DNA of 64,000 nt from a virus. The position numbers and the translations under genes were made by a program. Positions 51,336 to 60,659 of the stretch are shown piece after piece. The first letter of the stretch is position 1. The number at the start of each line of letters is the position of its first letter. The stretch lies in IMG/VR virus record IMGVR_UViG_3300024999_000042; one strand, 5' to 3'. The notes under the pieces were generated by a model that saw only the letters and a list, made by a program, of their open reading frames with translations, was not told the DNA's origin and ran no database searches.

Positions 51336-51744
51336 TTTCTAAATTATTTATCATAATTATATTCATTGGTTTATCAATCTCATATACATTACACTTAAAC
51401 AATTCTTTAATGTTTTTATTAAACATATTTTTAAAATCTGCACCGCTTTTTTCACAATGCAATTCTGTAATCTCATCAGTAGTAAGAACGCTTTTATGTA
51501 TCATAGTTAAACCTTTATTTGCATTATTCTTATCTCTTGCAACCATTGATACACTATAGCAATCGTCAAATCTCCAAGACTTAGGTTTAAGTATCATAGC
51601 GAATTCATTTTTATTTTCAACTACTAAAGTAATATCTTCATCAGAATTCATGATCTTTACAAATTTTGATGCCGTTTTTACTTCATTAAATTTATTATAA
51701 TACAACATATTATTCATCATCCTCTTCTCTTTTATTTCTTTCAT
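51322..51744 (-). CDS. Hypothetical protein
   Basis: Overlapping operon arrangement. Confidence 0.6.
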   Translation of the reverse strand: MKEIKEKRMMNNMLYYNKFNEVKTASKFVKIMNSDEDITLVVENKNEFAMILKPKSWRFDDCYSVSMVARDKNNANKGLTMIHKSVLTTDEITELHCEKSGADFKNMFNKNIKELFKCNVYEIDKPMNIIMINNLENEDY

Positions 51745-52846
51745 TCAATTCATCCTCAATCTGTTGCAAAACATCAATAGGTATTTGTGAGCGATTTAAT
51801 TCTTCTATTTCTTGAAGAGATTTTTGTTCTTCAGTTGTGAGTTCAATATTCCAGTAATTATCATTGTCATCCTCAAATGGGTCTTCAAATATATCAGGTT
51901 CGTCATCATCATTGTCATCAGATATTATTGGTAAAGGTAATGGTTTTTTGTTTTGTAGTCCTATTCCTTTGGGTATTGGTTCTACAAATTCATTTTCTTT
52001 AACTAATTCTTTCTCTTTGTATTGCAATTCTTCATATTGTTTGAGTTTTTCCTCCAATTCTTTAATCTTAATATCTTTTTCACTTAAAATATTATTTATC
52101 TTTTGTTTAACACTTCTTTTTATATTAGATTTTATTTTATCAGTATATATCAACCCTTTCGCACTGACTTCTATTTGCAATTGATAATTAAAATTCACCT
52201 CATCGTCCCAATTACCTATAAATGTGGTGCAATAATGTTTATCTGGTGTCAAGTAACTATTATTGTATCTAATCAGATGCAAATCATCTTGCAATATCTT
52301 ATTATATCTCTGAATGGTTCTAGAATCAGTGATTAATTTCTTTAATTTACCTTGAGTCAAATAGCCAAAATTACTTGTATTATGTGATACTCTTTTACAA
52401 GCAATAAAATATCTGATTATATTAAACTTGCTAATATTCTCACCTTGTAATTGATTAAATATATGTATTATGTCTTTATCATAAAGTTTAAAGAAATGAT
52501 CTTCTGGTGGTCTGATTAATTCAATCTGGAATAATGAATCTTTACTTGATGTGGCTTCTTCAAAAGTTATCTCTTCATCACTTAAATCATAAAATTTAAT
52601 TATATAATTCTTATCAGTTAAACCTTTCATAGATTCCTTTATTTTTAATACCATACCTCTATTGTTAGATGTATCAATTTTCATCATGCTTGCTATTGCT
52701 TGAATTGAACATAGTCCAATTGATTTACTTAATTGATAATGTTTGTACATTAACACAAATACCGTAACTTCTTCATTAGAAATACTTAGATCATCATAAA
52801 TACTATTAGGTAACATAATATAGTTTCCCTTTGGATCATCGTTCAT
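51710..52846 (-). CDS. Putative replication initiator / winged-helix DNA-binding protein with acidic tail
   Basis: YIMLPNSIY..L.ISNEE N-terminus, DSRTIQRYNKIL HTH-like; sits between iteron-like repeats and helicase. Confidence 0.5.
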   Translation of the reverse strand: MNDDPKGNYIMLPNSIYDDLSISNEEVTVFVLMYKHYQLSKSIGLCSIQAIASMMKIDTSNNRGMVLKIKESMKGLTDKNYIIKFYDLSDEEITFEEATSSKDSLFQIELIRPPEDHFFKLYDKDIIHIFNQLQGENISKFNIIRYFIACKRVSHNTSNFGYLTQGKLKKLITDSRTIQRYNKILQDDLHLIRYNNSYLTPDKHYCTTFIGNWDDEVNFNYQLQIEVSAKGLIYTDKIKSNIKRSVKQKINNILSEKDIKIKELEEKLKQYEELQYKEKELVKENEFVEPIPKGIGLQNKKPLPLPIISDDNDDDEPDIFEDPFEDDNDNYWNIELTTEEQKSLQEIEELNRSQIPIDVLQQIEDELNERNKREEDDE

Positions 52847-52880
52847 AATTTAATCAATCTCCTCAATCATATTTATTATT

Positions 52881-53069
52881 TTATTTTAGACTATTATAGA
52901 ACTCAGTTAATGCTAAGAATAATTCTTCTGTTTTTGTGAATTTATATGTTCTTATCTGTGCATCTCTTTTTATGAATATTGGTTTGATACCTTTAGTAGA
53001 TAAAAAGTCTACCTCTACACTCCATTGCGTTGCATATTCTTTATCAAATTTCATTTCAAAATCGACCAC
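52881..53069 (-). CDS. DUF5659-like small protein
   Basis: FLSTKGIK...TYKFTKTEELFLALTEF. Confidence 0.65.
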   Translation of the reverse strand: MVDFEMKFDKEYATQWSVEVDFLSTKGIKPIFIKRDAQIRTYKFTKTEELFLALTEFYNSLK

Positions 53070-53089
53070 CTTATTTAATATTTTCTATA

Positions 53090-53240
53090 TACCTATGTAA
53101 TGTGTACGTAAAATCGTACCTAGATTACATAGGTGACTGCCCATACAAAAACCAGTACACATTACATAGCACATTGTAATCTTATACGTAAAACTGTAGT
53201 GCAATACATGTAATGTTTACGTAAAAGCGTGAGGCAGTCG
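53090..53240. repeat. Iteron-like direct and inverted repeats (candidate origin or operator)
   Basis: TGTAAT-N3/4-TACGTAAAA x3; CTATGTAATGTGTAC / GTACACATTACATAG perfect 15-bp inversion. Confidence 0.6.
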
Positions 53241-53404
53241 CTGTAAAGTATATAATTAATTTGTACTAAGATCACAGTGAATGAAGATAGATATAAGTAT
53301 AAAGAAATAAAGAAGTAATAAAGATAAAAATATAATAAAGAGATATATTCATTTGCTAAAGCAAAATGAGAAATGTTTTTGCTTATTATTTATTATTTAT
53401 TTTT

Positions 53405-54142
53405 TTAACTTTTATTATTTTTTAATTCTAATGTATCAGCAATAAATTGTCTTCCTTCAATTGTTGATAATATCACATAATTAATACTACCATCTTTATA
53501 CTTTTTCTTTGTACCATTCTCAAAATATCCTTGTTTTATGTATTCATCTTTAACATAATATGCACGATTACTTGATTTTGTAAATATATCTTTTAAGAAT
53601 AATTGTTCATATATTTTATCTTGTGTAAACTTCATTTTGTATCCATCTAGTTTAAGCTTAGAATATGTATCTAAACAATTTAGTGTTCTATTGTTTAATT
53701 TAGCTTTTAATTTTTCTTTTTTAGGATTAGTTGGAAAACTTGCTTCTAGACCATTATTTCTAATTAGATTGTGTAAATATTTTGCATCAATGTTCTTACT
53801 AATTATTATCTTCCTACCATTCAGAACTTCTTCAATTGTATTTTCTACATTATATCCATTAGCAATAGAATCATATTTGTCAATATATTTACCTTCTACA
53901 TATATTAATTGCATTTTAGTTTTATAAGGACTATCTAAATTTTGCATTTCTTCTATTATCTTAAATGTAAAATTTTCTTCACCATATGTATTCCACGCTT
54001 TTTGCAATTTGTAACTATGATGAGAATTATTGTTTAGTTCATCTATATGTTCATCCCAACGTCTTTCTATATCTAGACTTTCACCAATATAATATGTGTT
54101 GTTTATTTTGTTTATGATTCCATATATTCCTATTGTCATCAA
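53405..54142 (-). CDS. GIY-YIG endonuclease, paralogue of 4325..5098
   Basis: GIYGI...YYIGES.DIERRW; shared YKTxMQLIYVEGxYIxKYxSIxNGYNxENT block. Confidence 0.85.
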   Translation of the reverse strand: MMTIGIYGIINKINNTYYIGESLDIERRWDEHIDELNNNSHHSYKLQKAWNTYGEENFTFKIIEEMQNLDSPYKTKMQLIYVEGKYIDKYDSIANGYNVENTIEEVLNGRKIIISKNIDAKYLHNLIRNNGLEASFPTNPKKEKLKAKLNNRTLNCLDTYSKLKLDGYKMKFTQDKIYEQLFLKDIFTKSSNRAYYVKDEYIKQGYFENGTKKKYKDGSINYVILSTIEGRQFIADTLELKNNKS

Positions 54143-54299
54143 TCTTACTCCTCTATCAATTTATTTATTCTTGTAGTTGTTATAAACATTTATTTTTATA
54201 CTTATGTAAAACCACTAGCAATAATATTAATTTGTATCATCAATACAATTATTCTCCTTTCTTAATTTAATTTATTTCATAGTTATCCCTCACTTAATA

Positions 54300-54328
54300 A
54301 GTATACCATACTAAAATAAACATGTCAA
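54300..54328 (-). promoter_or_regulatory. SigA promoter
   Basis: TTGACA-17-TATACT with extended TG. Confidence 0.75.
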
Positions 54329-54376
54329 CAAAATTATTTATATATTTGTAAAAGAATTTATTCAACAATATAAAAA

Positions 54377-54676
54377 TCAATTCGAACCATTCCTAATCAA
54401 ATACTCAATATACTTTTCCATCTCACTCTTTACTGCTAATCTTGCCTGATCAATTCCATGACCAGATTCTACATGATAAATTTCTAAGGATATGTTTTGT
54501 CTGAATGGGTTGGGAATTGTTGAACTGATTTCTCTCCATTTTGTTTTACCTTTTGAGAATGAATATGTACAGAATATGTTGTTTAGGATTTGATTGAAAT
54601 CTTGAGCAATGGAATAGAGATTGGATATGGATTTGAGTTGTGATTTATAGTTTTGGAATTGATTTAGATTATTTTG
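54377..54676 (-). pseudogene. 99-codon open frame lacking a start codon behind a strong SD
   Basis: GAAAGGAG-TAACCCCC-TAA then QNNLNQFQNY...YLIRNGSN*. Confidence 0.45.
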
Positions 54677-54760
54677 TTAGGGGGTTACTCCTTTCTTTTA
54701 TAGAAGAATTTCAACCTAATAACCTAATGAAAGTTATTAGATTGAAATATCAAAATATAT

Positions 54761-54985
54761 TTAAATTTCTCCATTAATATCATTTTCCATACACCAATCT
54801 AAAAATTCATCCTCTAATTTAGTTATACTGTCCTCTACCTCTTCTTCTGGCATTCCATTGATAATGGAATCTTCGTAAATATCTTCCTTGGTTTTATAAC
54901 CATTAACTTTTAACCAAACACTAAAATCAGAATACTTTTCTCCATCAATTGTACGAACCATCACTCCATCAATTAATTCTTCCAT
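54761..54985 (-). CDS. Small acidic hypothetical protein
   Basis: SD GAAAGAGG; own promoter TTGCAT-17-TATAAT at 55018-55046. Confidence 0.7.
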   Translation of the reverse strand: MEELIDGVMVRTIDGEKYSDFSVWLKVNGYKTKEDIYEDSIINGMPEEEVEDSITKLEDEFLDWCMENDINGEI

Positions 54986-55075
54986 TTGAATACCTCTTTC
55001 TTTTAAGTCTTGATTGTATTATACACTTATTACTTTATTAATGCAATAAGTGTATAATTTTATTTATCGCTTTGA

Positions 55076-56362
55076 TTAGAATAAACTACAGCCATCTGTC
55101 TTAAAATCTTTTATATATGTATTCCATTGTTCTACACTGAGTTTTAAGAATTTTCTTAAACATTTTTTGCATAAATATTGTTCTACATCTCTTCCTAAAA
55201 ATTTCATATTCATTGCGATAACATCATTCTTAGTAATTTTATTTCCACAAGTACAAACTTTATTGAAATATTTTGTAGCAATATCTATTTCAATTCCTTT
55301 ATGTTCCGCACATTCTTGTATAACCTCTTCATTTGGCTTTGGCCTAATAGCTCCACCATTCCAACAAAGAGGATATTCTTTTACTGTACAATTCATAGCA
55401 CACCATAATTGTCTTTCAATAAAATCTTCTTTTAGAAATTTTTGAAATCTTTCATACATCACTGGATAAAAATATTTATCTAATACCCATGTTGATTTTG
55501 TATAGTACGGACAAACTAAATGACAACCTACCCTAGAATATCCTTTTTTATATTTAGGATTGAATACTATATTGTTTTTTAGTGTATATAACCAAACATC
55601 TTCTTCTGTCCATTTTCTAATTGGAAGAATTCCCATCCATTCTCTCTCACCCCATCTATCATCAAATTTTTCATCTTGATAACCAGAACGAGTAGAACTT
55701 TCTTCATTTCTCATACCATAAAAGAATAAATATTTTTTATTATCATCTAAATATTCTTTTGTAGCTCCCTCTTTGTATAAAGAGCAACACCAACGATGAT
55801 GGCGTGTTGGTATCCCTACTGTTTTAATTTTTTGATAAAATCCTTCTTTTGGACTTATAGTTATACAATCTGGAATAGTTTTAATCATTTTATATGTATC
55901 GGAGCAATCCATAGAAGTATTATTAAACATAATTATAGATTTAATATCTAATTTAGAATTAGTTTGTAATGTTTTATTAACTAAATATCTTGTCAATTCA
56001 CTATCTTTGCCACTAGAAGTAAATATAATTGGCGTATATTCTTTATACTTTTCAATACTACTTTTAATCAAATTGATACTTTCATTCTCTAATTCCTCCA
56101 ATCTTCCTTTATTTCTCTCTATTGTTTCCTCCCAAGATTCAATCTCATAAGCTTCTTTCTTATAATCACTAGCAGTAATATTTAATTCATCATCAATATG
56201 AATTCTTAAAACCTTATGAATTCTACCTTCAACATCATAACATTTAATAATTGATCTATCTAACCAATAATATCCCTCAACTAAATTATACTTCTCAATA
56301 TCTACACCTTTATCTTTTAGAAATCCCAAATAATCTTTAAATACTAAATTCAATACATACAC
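55076..56362 (-). CDS. PAPS reductase family (PP-loop, Fe-S) protein with C-terminal zinc finger
   Basis: SSGKDS, RWCCSLYKE, GMRNEESSTR, PIRKW, GYSRVGCHLVCPY, CTCG...CKKC. Confidence 0.9.
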   Translation of the reverse strand: MYVLNLVFKDYLGFLKDKGVDIEKYNLVEGYYWLDRSIIKCYDVEGRIHKVLRIHIDDELNITASDYKKEAYEIESWEETIERNKGRLEELENESINLIKSSIEKYKEYTPIIFTSSGKDSELTRYLVNKTLQTNSKLDIKSIIMFNNTSMDCSDTYKMIKTIPDCITISPKEGFYQKIKTVGIPTRHHRWCCSLYKEGATKEYLDDNKKYLFFYGMRNEESSTRSGYQDEKFDDRWGEREWMGILPIRKWTEEDVWLYTLKNNIVFNPKYKKGYSRVGCHLVCPYYTKSTWVLDKYFYPVMYERFQKFLKEDFIERQLWCAMNCTVKEYPLCWNGGAIRPKPNEEVIQECAEHKGIEIDIATKYFNKVCTCGNKITKNDVIAMNMKFLGRDVEQYLCKKCLRKFLKLSVEQWNTYIKDFKTDGCSLF

Positions 56363-56556
56363 CTTATTTATTTACATTAAGCAAATAATAAGGAAAACAT
56401 AACTAATTACCCAAACTGTGGCTTTTACATGTACTGCATACGCAAATACACCACAATGCAAATGGTATATGTTTTTATGTTTCTCACACGACTTTATACG
56501 GCATCCTTACGCATCGGATTTGTAAGATTATTGATTGCTCTGTTCTCAATGCCGAT

Positions 56557-56799
56557 TCAACAACCAGTTATATCTGGATCGTATGTAATGAATTTATTCT
56601 GTTCAATTTCTAATAATTTAAATATCCAATAATATTTATCATTACGATATTCTATTGAATTTATTTTATTAGGATTGTGTCTATTATTTTTGATTTCTTG
56701 TGTGAATGCATCTGTGATGGTTATTCCTTGATTTAAATTATGAATGACATTTTTGCAATTGTTGTTATTAAATTTTGCTATATTTTGTTTTACTATTAT
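56557..56799 (-). CDS. Hypothetical protein; probable ATA/ATC start
   Basis: AAGGAGGTGA SD immediately before ATC ATA ATA; promoter at 56853-56881. Confidence 0.5.
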   Translation of the reverse strand: MIVKQNIAKFNNNNCKNVIHNLNQGITITDAFTQEIKNNRHNPNKINSIEYRNDKYYWIFKLLEIEQNKFITYDPDITGC

Positions 56800-56852
56800 G
56801 ATTCTCACCTCCTTTCTTATTAATAATTTTGTACAGATTTGTACCTGTGAAT

Positions 56853-56881
56853 ATTGTATCACTTTGTATTAATATTGTCAA
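56853..56881 (-). promoter_or_regulatory. SigA promoter heading the leftward arm
   Basis: TTGACA-17-TACAAT with extended TG. Confidence 0.7.
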
Positions 56882-57604
56882 ATATTTTATTTTAGTATTT
56901 ATAAAATTAATTATTCAAATGCTATTAAAATATTTTCATCAATTTTTAGATGGTCGTATATATGATATAATTGCATCGTCTTGAGTTGTAAAGTGTACGC
57001 CCCATATAGTAGAAGGGATTATTAGAGTGTGATATAATTGGTTAGTATCAAGGGTTTAGATGGTGTTTATAGGATTAGATATTTTGATTTTTTGGATGTA
57101 TAATTATGAATTATTATTTGATGTTTTTGTTCGATAGGATTGAGATTAATTTATGATTTGAATTTTAAATTGGATGGAAATTTATAGATCATAGGATGAA
57201 TTAATAAAGGTTGAATATGTTAAAGAAACTGTATGAGAGTAGGATTTGTAGGTTATTTTGTATGATTGATTTATTGGATATTTAGTGAGATTATTATATT
57301 GATTTATGAGATTTTATTGTTTAATTTGTAAAATTGTTTGACTTTTGATAAGTTTTGTGAATTGGAAAATGAATTTATTTGGCTGAAAAATGTTGTGTTG
57401 ATTATGTTTTTGCGATGTGAGAACGAAGGGGGAAATTGGGGAGTAGATTGTGGTGAGATGAGATTTATTTTGTGAGATTGAAAATTATTTTAATTTTGTG
57501 TAATTTTAGTATTGACAATTTTGTTAAAGTGTGATTTATATTTATTTTATGAAATGGCTGTAATCGGCTCGTAGTTTGGGTTTTGTAACGAAGTAGATGT
57601 ACTG

Positions 57605-57621
57605 TGTCGAATACTGTCGAA
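57605..57621 (+). promoter_or_regulatory. Tandem Spo0A boxes
   Basis: TGTCGAA-tac-TGTCGAA. Confidence 0.65.
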
Positions 57622-58841
57622 TAAAAGGAGATAATGTTTGTAATCATAGCCGGGGTATATGCCAACTTTGGCATGGAAATTGAAAGTGAATACAGAAGCA
57701 GGTTTTTGCTATAGGCTAATACTATGACAAACTGAAAACAGTATGGGCCGATTATCTGCCGAACCCTACAAACCGCATTATACAAGGGTTCTTGCTCAAA
57801 TCTGAATGTGACACAATGTACTTGTGTAACATTCGGTAAGAATAGATGGTACAATTGTATGGGTCGGATGAATTGAAGAGCTTAAAAGGGCTATTTTGTG
57901 GCAGAAACGAGAAGTGGATGAAGGAGCATAATTGTCCTGGACTTGATACCTGCTAATGATAGCAGAACACAAGATCATTGGGCATTAATTGCATACGTAT
58001 ATGAGTATATACGTTTATACGTACAAAATATCGTTTTGCATAACATAGGCGAAGTTGTTGAAGTATTAATACTTTGAATATCAAACTATATTATAATCAA
58101 ACTAATATCACATAACCTCAAAATACAATCATACTACTATATAATACAGTCACTTGACTACATCACACGTTCATTATAATCATAAACACATTATCCTATG
58201 ATAATAATCATATCACATGATCAATGTGATCACATCCAAATAAACATAACCATTAAGTTATAGTAAATATAATGCATTACTAATATTATCTAATATTACC
58301 TACTAATAACTATAATCTTATGCAACACCAACCATATTTACCTATGACGATATATAAACAAATCATTATATCACTAATCACTTATACCATACATAATGAA
58401 TACATTATAATGCTAATCCATACAATCCCTATCAACTTACTATACTATAAACACTTTACCGAACTAAAGGATTCGCAAATCATACACAATTATAAATATC
58501 CATCATCCTGCATAAATACTCACATAGCATATACCTATGCCATCATACACTAATCCATATACCTATATCAATACCAACTAAACCAACCAAAATACTATAC
58601 ATTAACCAAATCTTAACTCCAATAAACCATAATAACTCTAATCAATTACCATGCCAAACAACCCAAAACTACCATACCCTGGTTGGGTACTAAATCAAAA
58701 TTTCCACACAAACCCTAAAATAAAGTTTTATAGAGTAACCTATACCTCAAATCCTCAAAACGCTTACAATGCCCTTTACGTGCCTCTAATACCTATTACA
58801 TTATTTATTGATTCAACCCCAAATCTCTATCATTTTTAACA

Positions 58842-58858
58842 TTGGCATACAATTTGCT
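58842..58858 (+). promoter_or_regulatory. Sigma54 (SigL) -24/-12 promoter candidate
   Basis: TTGGCATACAATTTGCT (GG-N10-GC). Confidence 0.55.
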
Positions 58859-59084
58859 AGTATAATACAGTAACAAATAATTAATACTATTATAATACAG
58901 ATTGACATTATCAATCATGTCCAATCATAATCTATCATATCCAAAACAATATCACACTATCAGTATAAACAAATAATAAAATATCATAAATCCTTAAATA
59001 AAATAAAGGTATATCACTAACCAATCACGAATATACTACATAGTAGTATAAAAACAATTTAAATCAAAAGGAGAGTGCTAAAAC

Positions 59085-59429
59085 ATGTTGAATACTTTAA
59101 AATCCTACTCAGTATATGGTATCCGTGTTAACGCTGATGATGAGTCCTACAACATTGGAGATACATGTCGCTATAGTTATGAGTGGGATTATGAAAATGA
59201 TTGTAGCACCTACAATACAGATACACCTATTAAACTGCCTGGAACATGCTCCTTACACTTAGTAATATATGAAGACACAACTAACACTGAGTTAATAAAT
59301 AAAATTAATGAAATCAAAAATAAATATGCAGGAGAACAAATAGTTATTATTGGTGGCTATGATTATGAATACGGATCTGATGACAACGAAATAATCATAG
59401 AAGATGCTGAAGTATTACTTATAGCGTAA
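59085..59429 (+). CDS. Acidic hypothetical early protein
   Basis: SD AAAGGAG; ORF track. Confidence 0.75.
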   Translation: MLNTLKSYSVYGIRVNADDESYNIGDTCRYSYEWDYENDCSTYNTDTPIKLPGTCSLHLVIYEDTTNTELINKINEIKNKYAGEQIVIIGGYDYEYGSDDNEIIIEDAEVLLIA

Positions 59430-59543
59430 ATAAATATACTATGTTAGGTGTACATTAACACTGTTTGCTATTGTATACCGATAGATAGTATAATTAATGC
59501 TATCATATTAAAAAGCGGAGATCCCGCAAAAGGAGTTTTTAAA

Positions 59544-60260
59544 ATGACTAACACAGAAATGATCAAAAAATTTGAACTCAAGGTTATAACACAGAACGAA
59601 AAAGAAGGTCTTAAGGTTGGTTTTGGAAAACCTACTACTTCAGAAATCGAGTTTATTAAAGCTAACAAAACGGAGATTATTTTCGAAATCAAACTCCAAA
59701 ATGAAAAAGAACTTCTGGAAAAACTCAACAAAGATATCCCATATACTCTAAATGATTCGACATCATACGGAATTTATAATGGTATTTCCGAATTCGAAAT
59801 TGGGGAAATAATAACAGATATCAAATCAAAACTTGGTTTTAAGAAATACTTAGAGCACTCCAAAATTGCAAAAACCTTAACCAAAGACCCTGAAATCGAA
59901 CAAATAGCCATTAATAATTATCAACCGGATTCTGAAAGTAAAAATTGGAACGATGAATATCGTACTTGGTTTAGGTCGGCAGTTGAGAAAAAGACTGCTC
60001 CCGGTAAAGGATTTATTTCTAATCAAATTATTAGAGAAAAAATAACAAATATCGTTTTAGGTATTATGGACAAAGAACAGGGAAAAGAAAATGCAGAATT
60101 ACAAATCTTTGCTAAAGCAAAACAAACAGGAGTAAAGCAAGTCTTAAAATCATACATGACAGAATGTAATGATCCTAATGAAGAATGTAGTCAAGATCAT
60201 GTAGTAATTTATGCTATGCCGAACGGCACAAAAAAGACTGAACGGATGCATACTTGGTAA
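59544..60260 (+). CDS. Hypothetical early protein
   Basis: SD AAAGGAG before ATG 59544; C-terminal ECND..EECS.D...YAMPNG...ERMHTW; terminator 60314-60345. Confidence 0.8.
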   Translation: MTNTEMIKKFELKVITQNEKEGLKVGFGKPTTSEIEFIKANKTEIIFEIKLQNEKELLEKLNKDIPYTLNDSTSYGIYNGISEFEIGEIITDIKSKLGFKKYLEHSKIAKTLTKDPEIEQIAINNYQPDSESKNWNDEYRTWFRSAVEKKTAPGKGFISNQIIREKITNIVLGIMDKEQGKENAELQIFAKAKQTGVKQVLKSYMTECNDPNEECSQDHVVIYAMPNGTKKTERMHTW

Positions 60261-60659
60261 ACTTATTAATATTCCATAATGGGATAATAATTGGAAATCT
60301 CATCAGGTAGTTTAGGACTTGTTGATTATAAGTCCTTTTCTTTTTGTCATTTTTAGCATAACAGAATTAGTATAACAGATCATGGTATATGGTTGTAGAA
60401 TCAAACTATATTCCATTTTTACTACTCTATTTTTATCCCTGTTACAATCTTACCATTAACACTATTAAACCTCTTATATCGCGTCCTATGTCCTCTCATA
60501 GCATTTTATTAACCTTCTATTCTCTGTACTATTTTTATCCTATATAATAGGAAACAATAATCCTAACAAACCTCTAAATACCTCTAAACCCACTAGACAT
60601 AACCCTCTATAAATGTTAAAATAAATAAACAAATTGAATTAATAAAGGAGTGTTTACTA

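Noticed and set aside
53090-53240. Possible mini CRISPR array
   Set aside because: Repeats are short, degenerate and irregularly spaced; no cas genes in the window
450-55445. Many plus-strand ORFs antisense to minus-strand genes (e.g. 4491..4808, 22812..23228, 35423..35806, 51864..52184)
   Set aside because: Shadow frames of real genes: Ser/Phe/Leu/Ile-rich, no SD, fully overlapping
57465-58839. ORFs called in the divergence region (57465..57854, 57796..57978, 58320..58553, 58651..58839)
   Set aside because: Low-complexity products of strand compositional bias; no SDs
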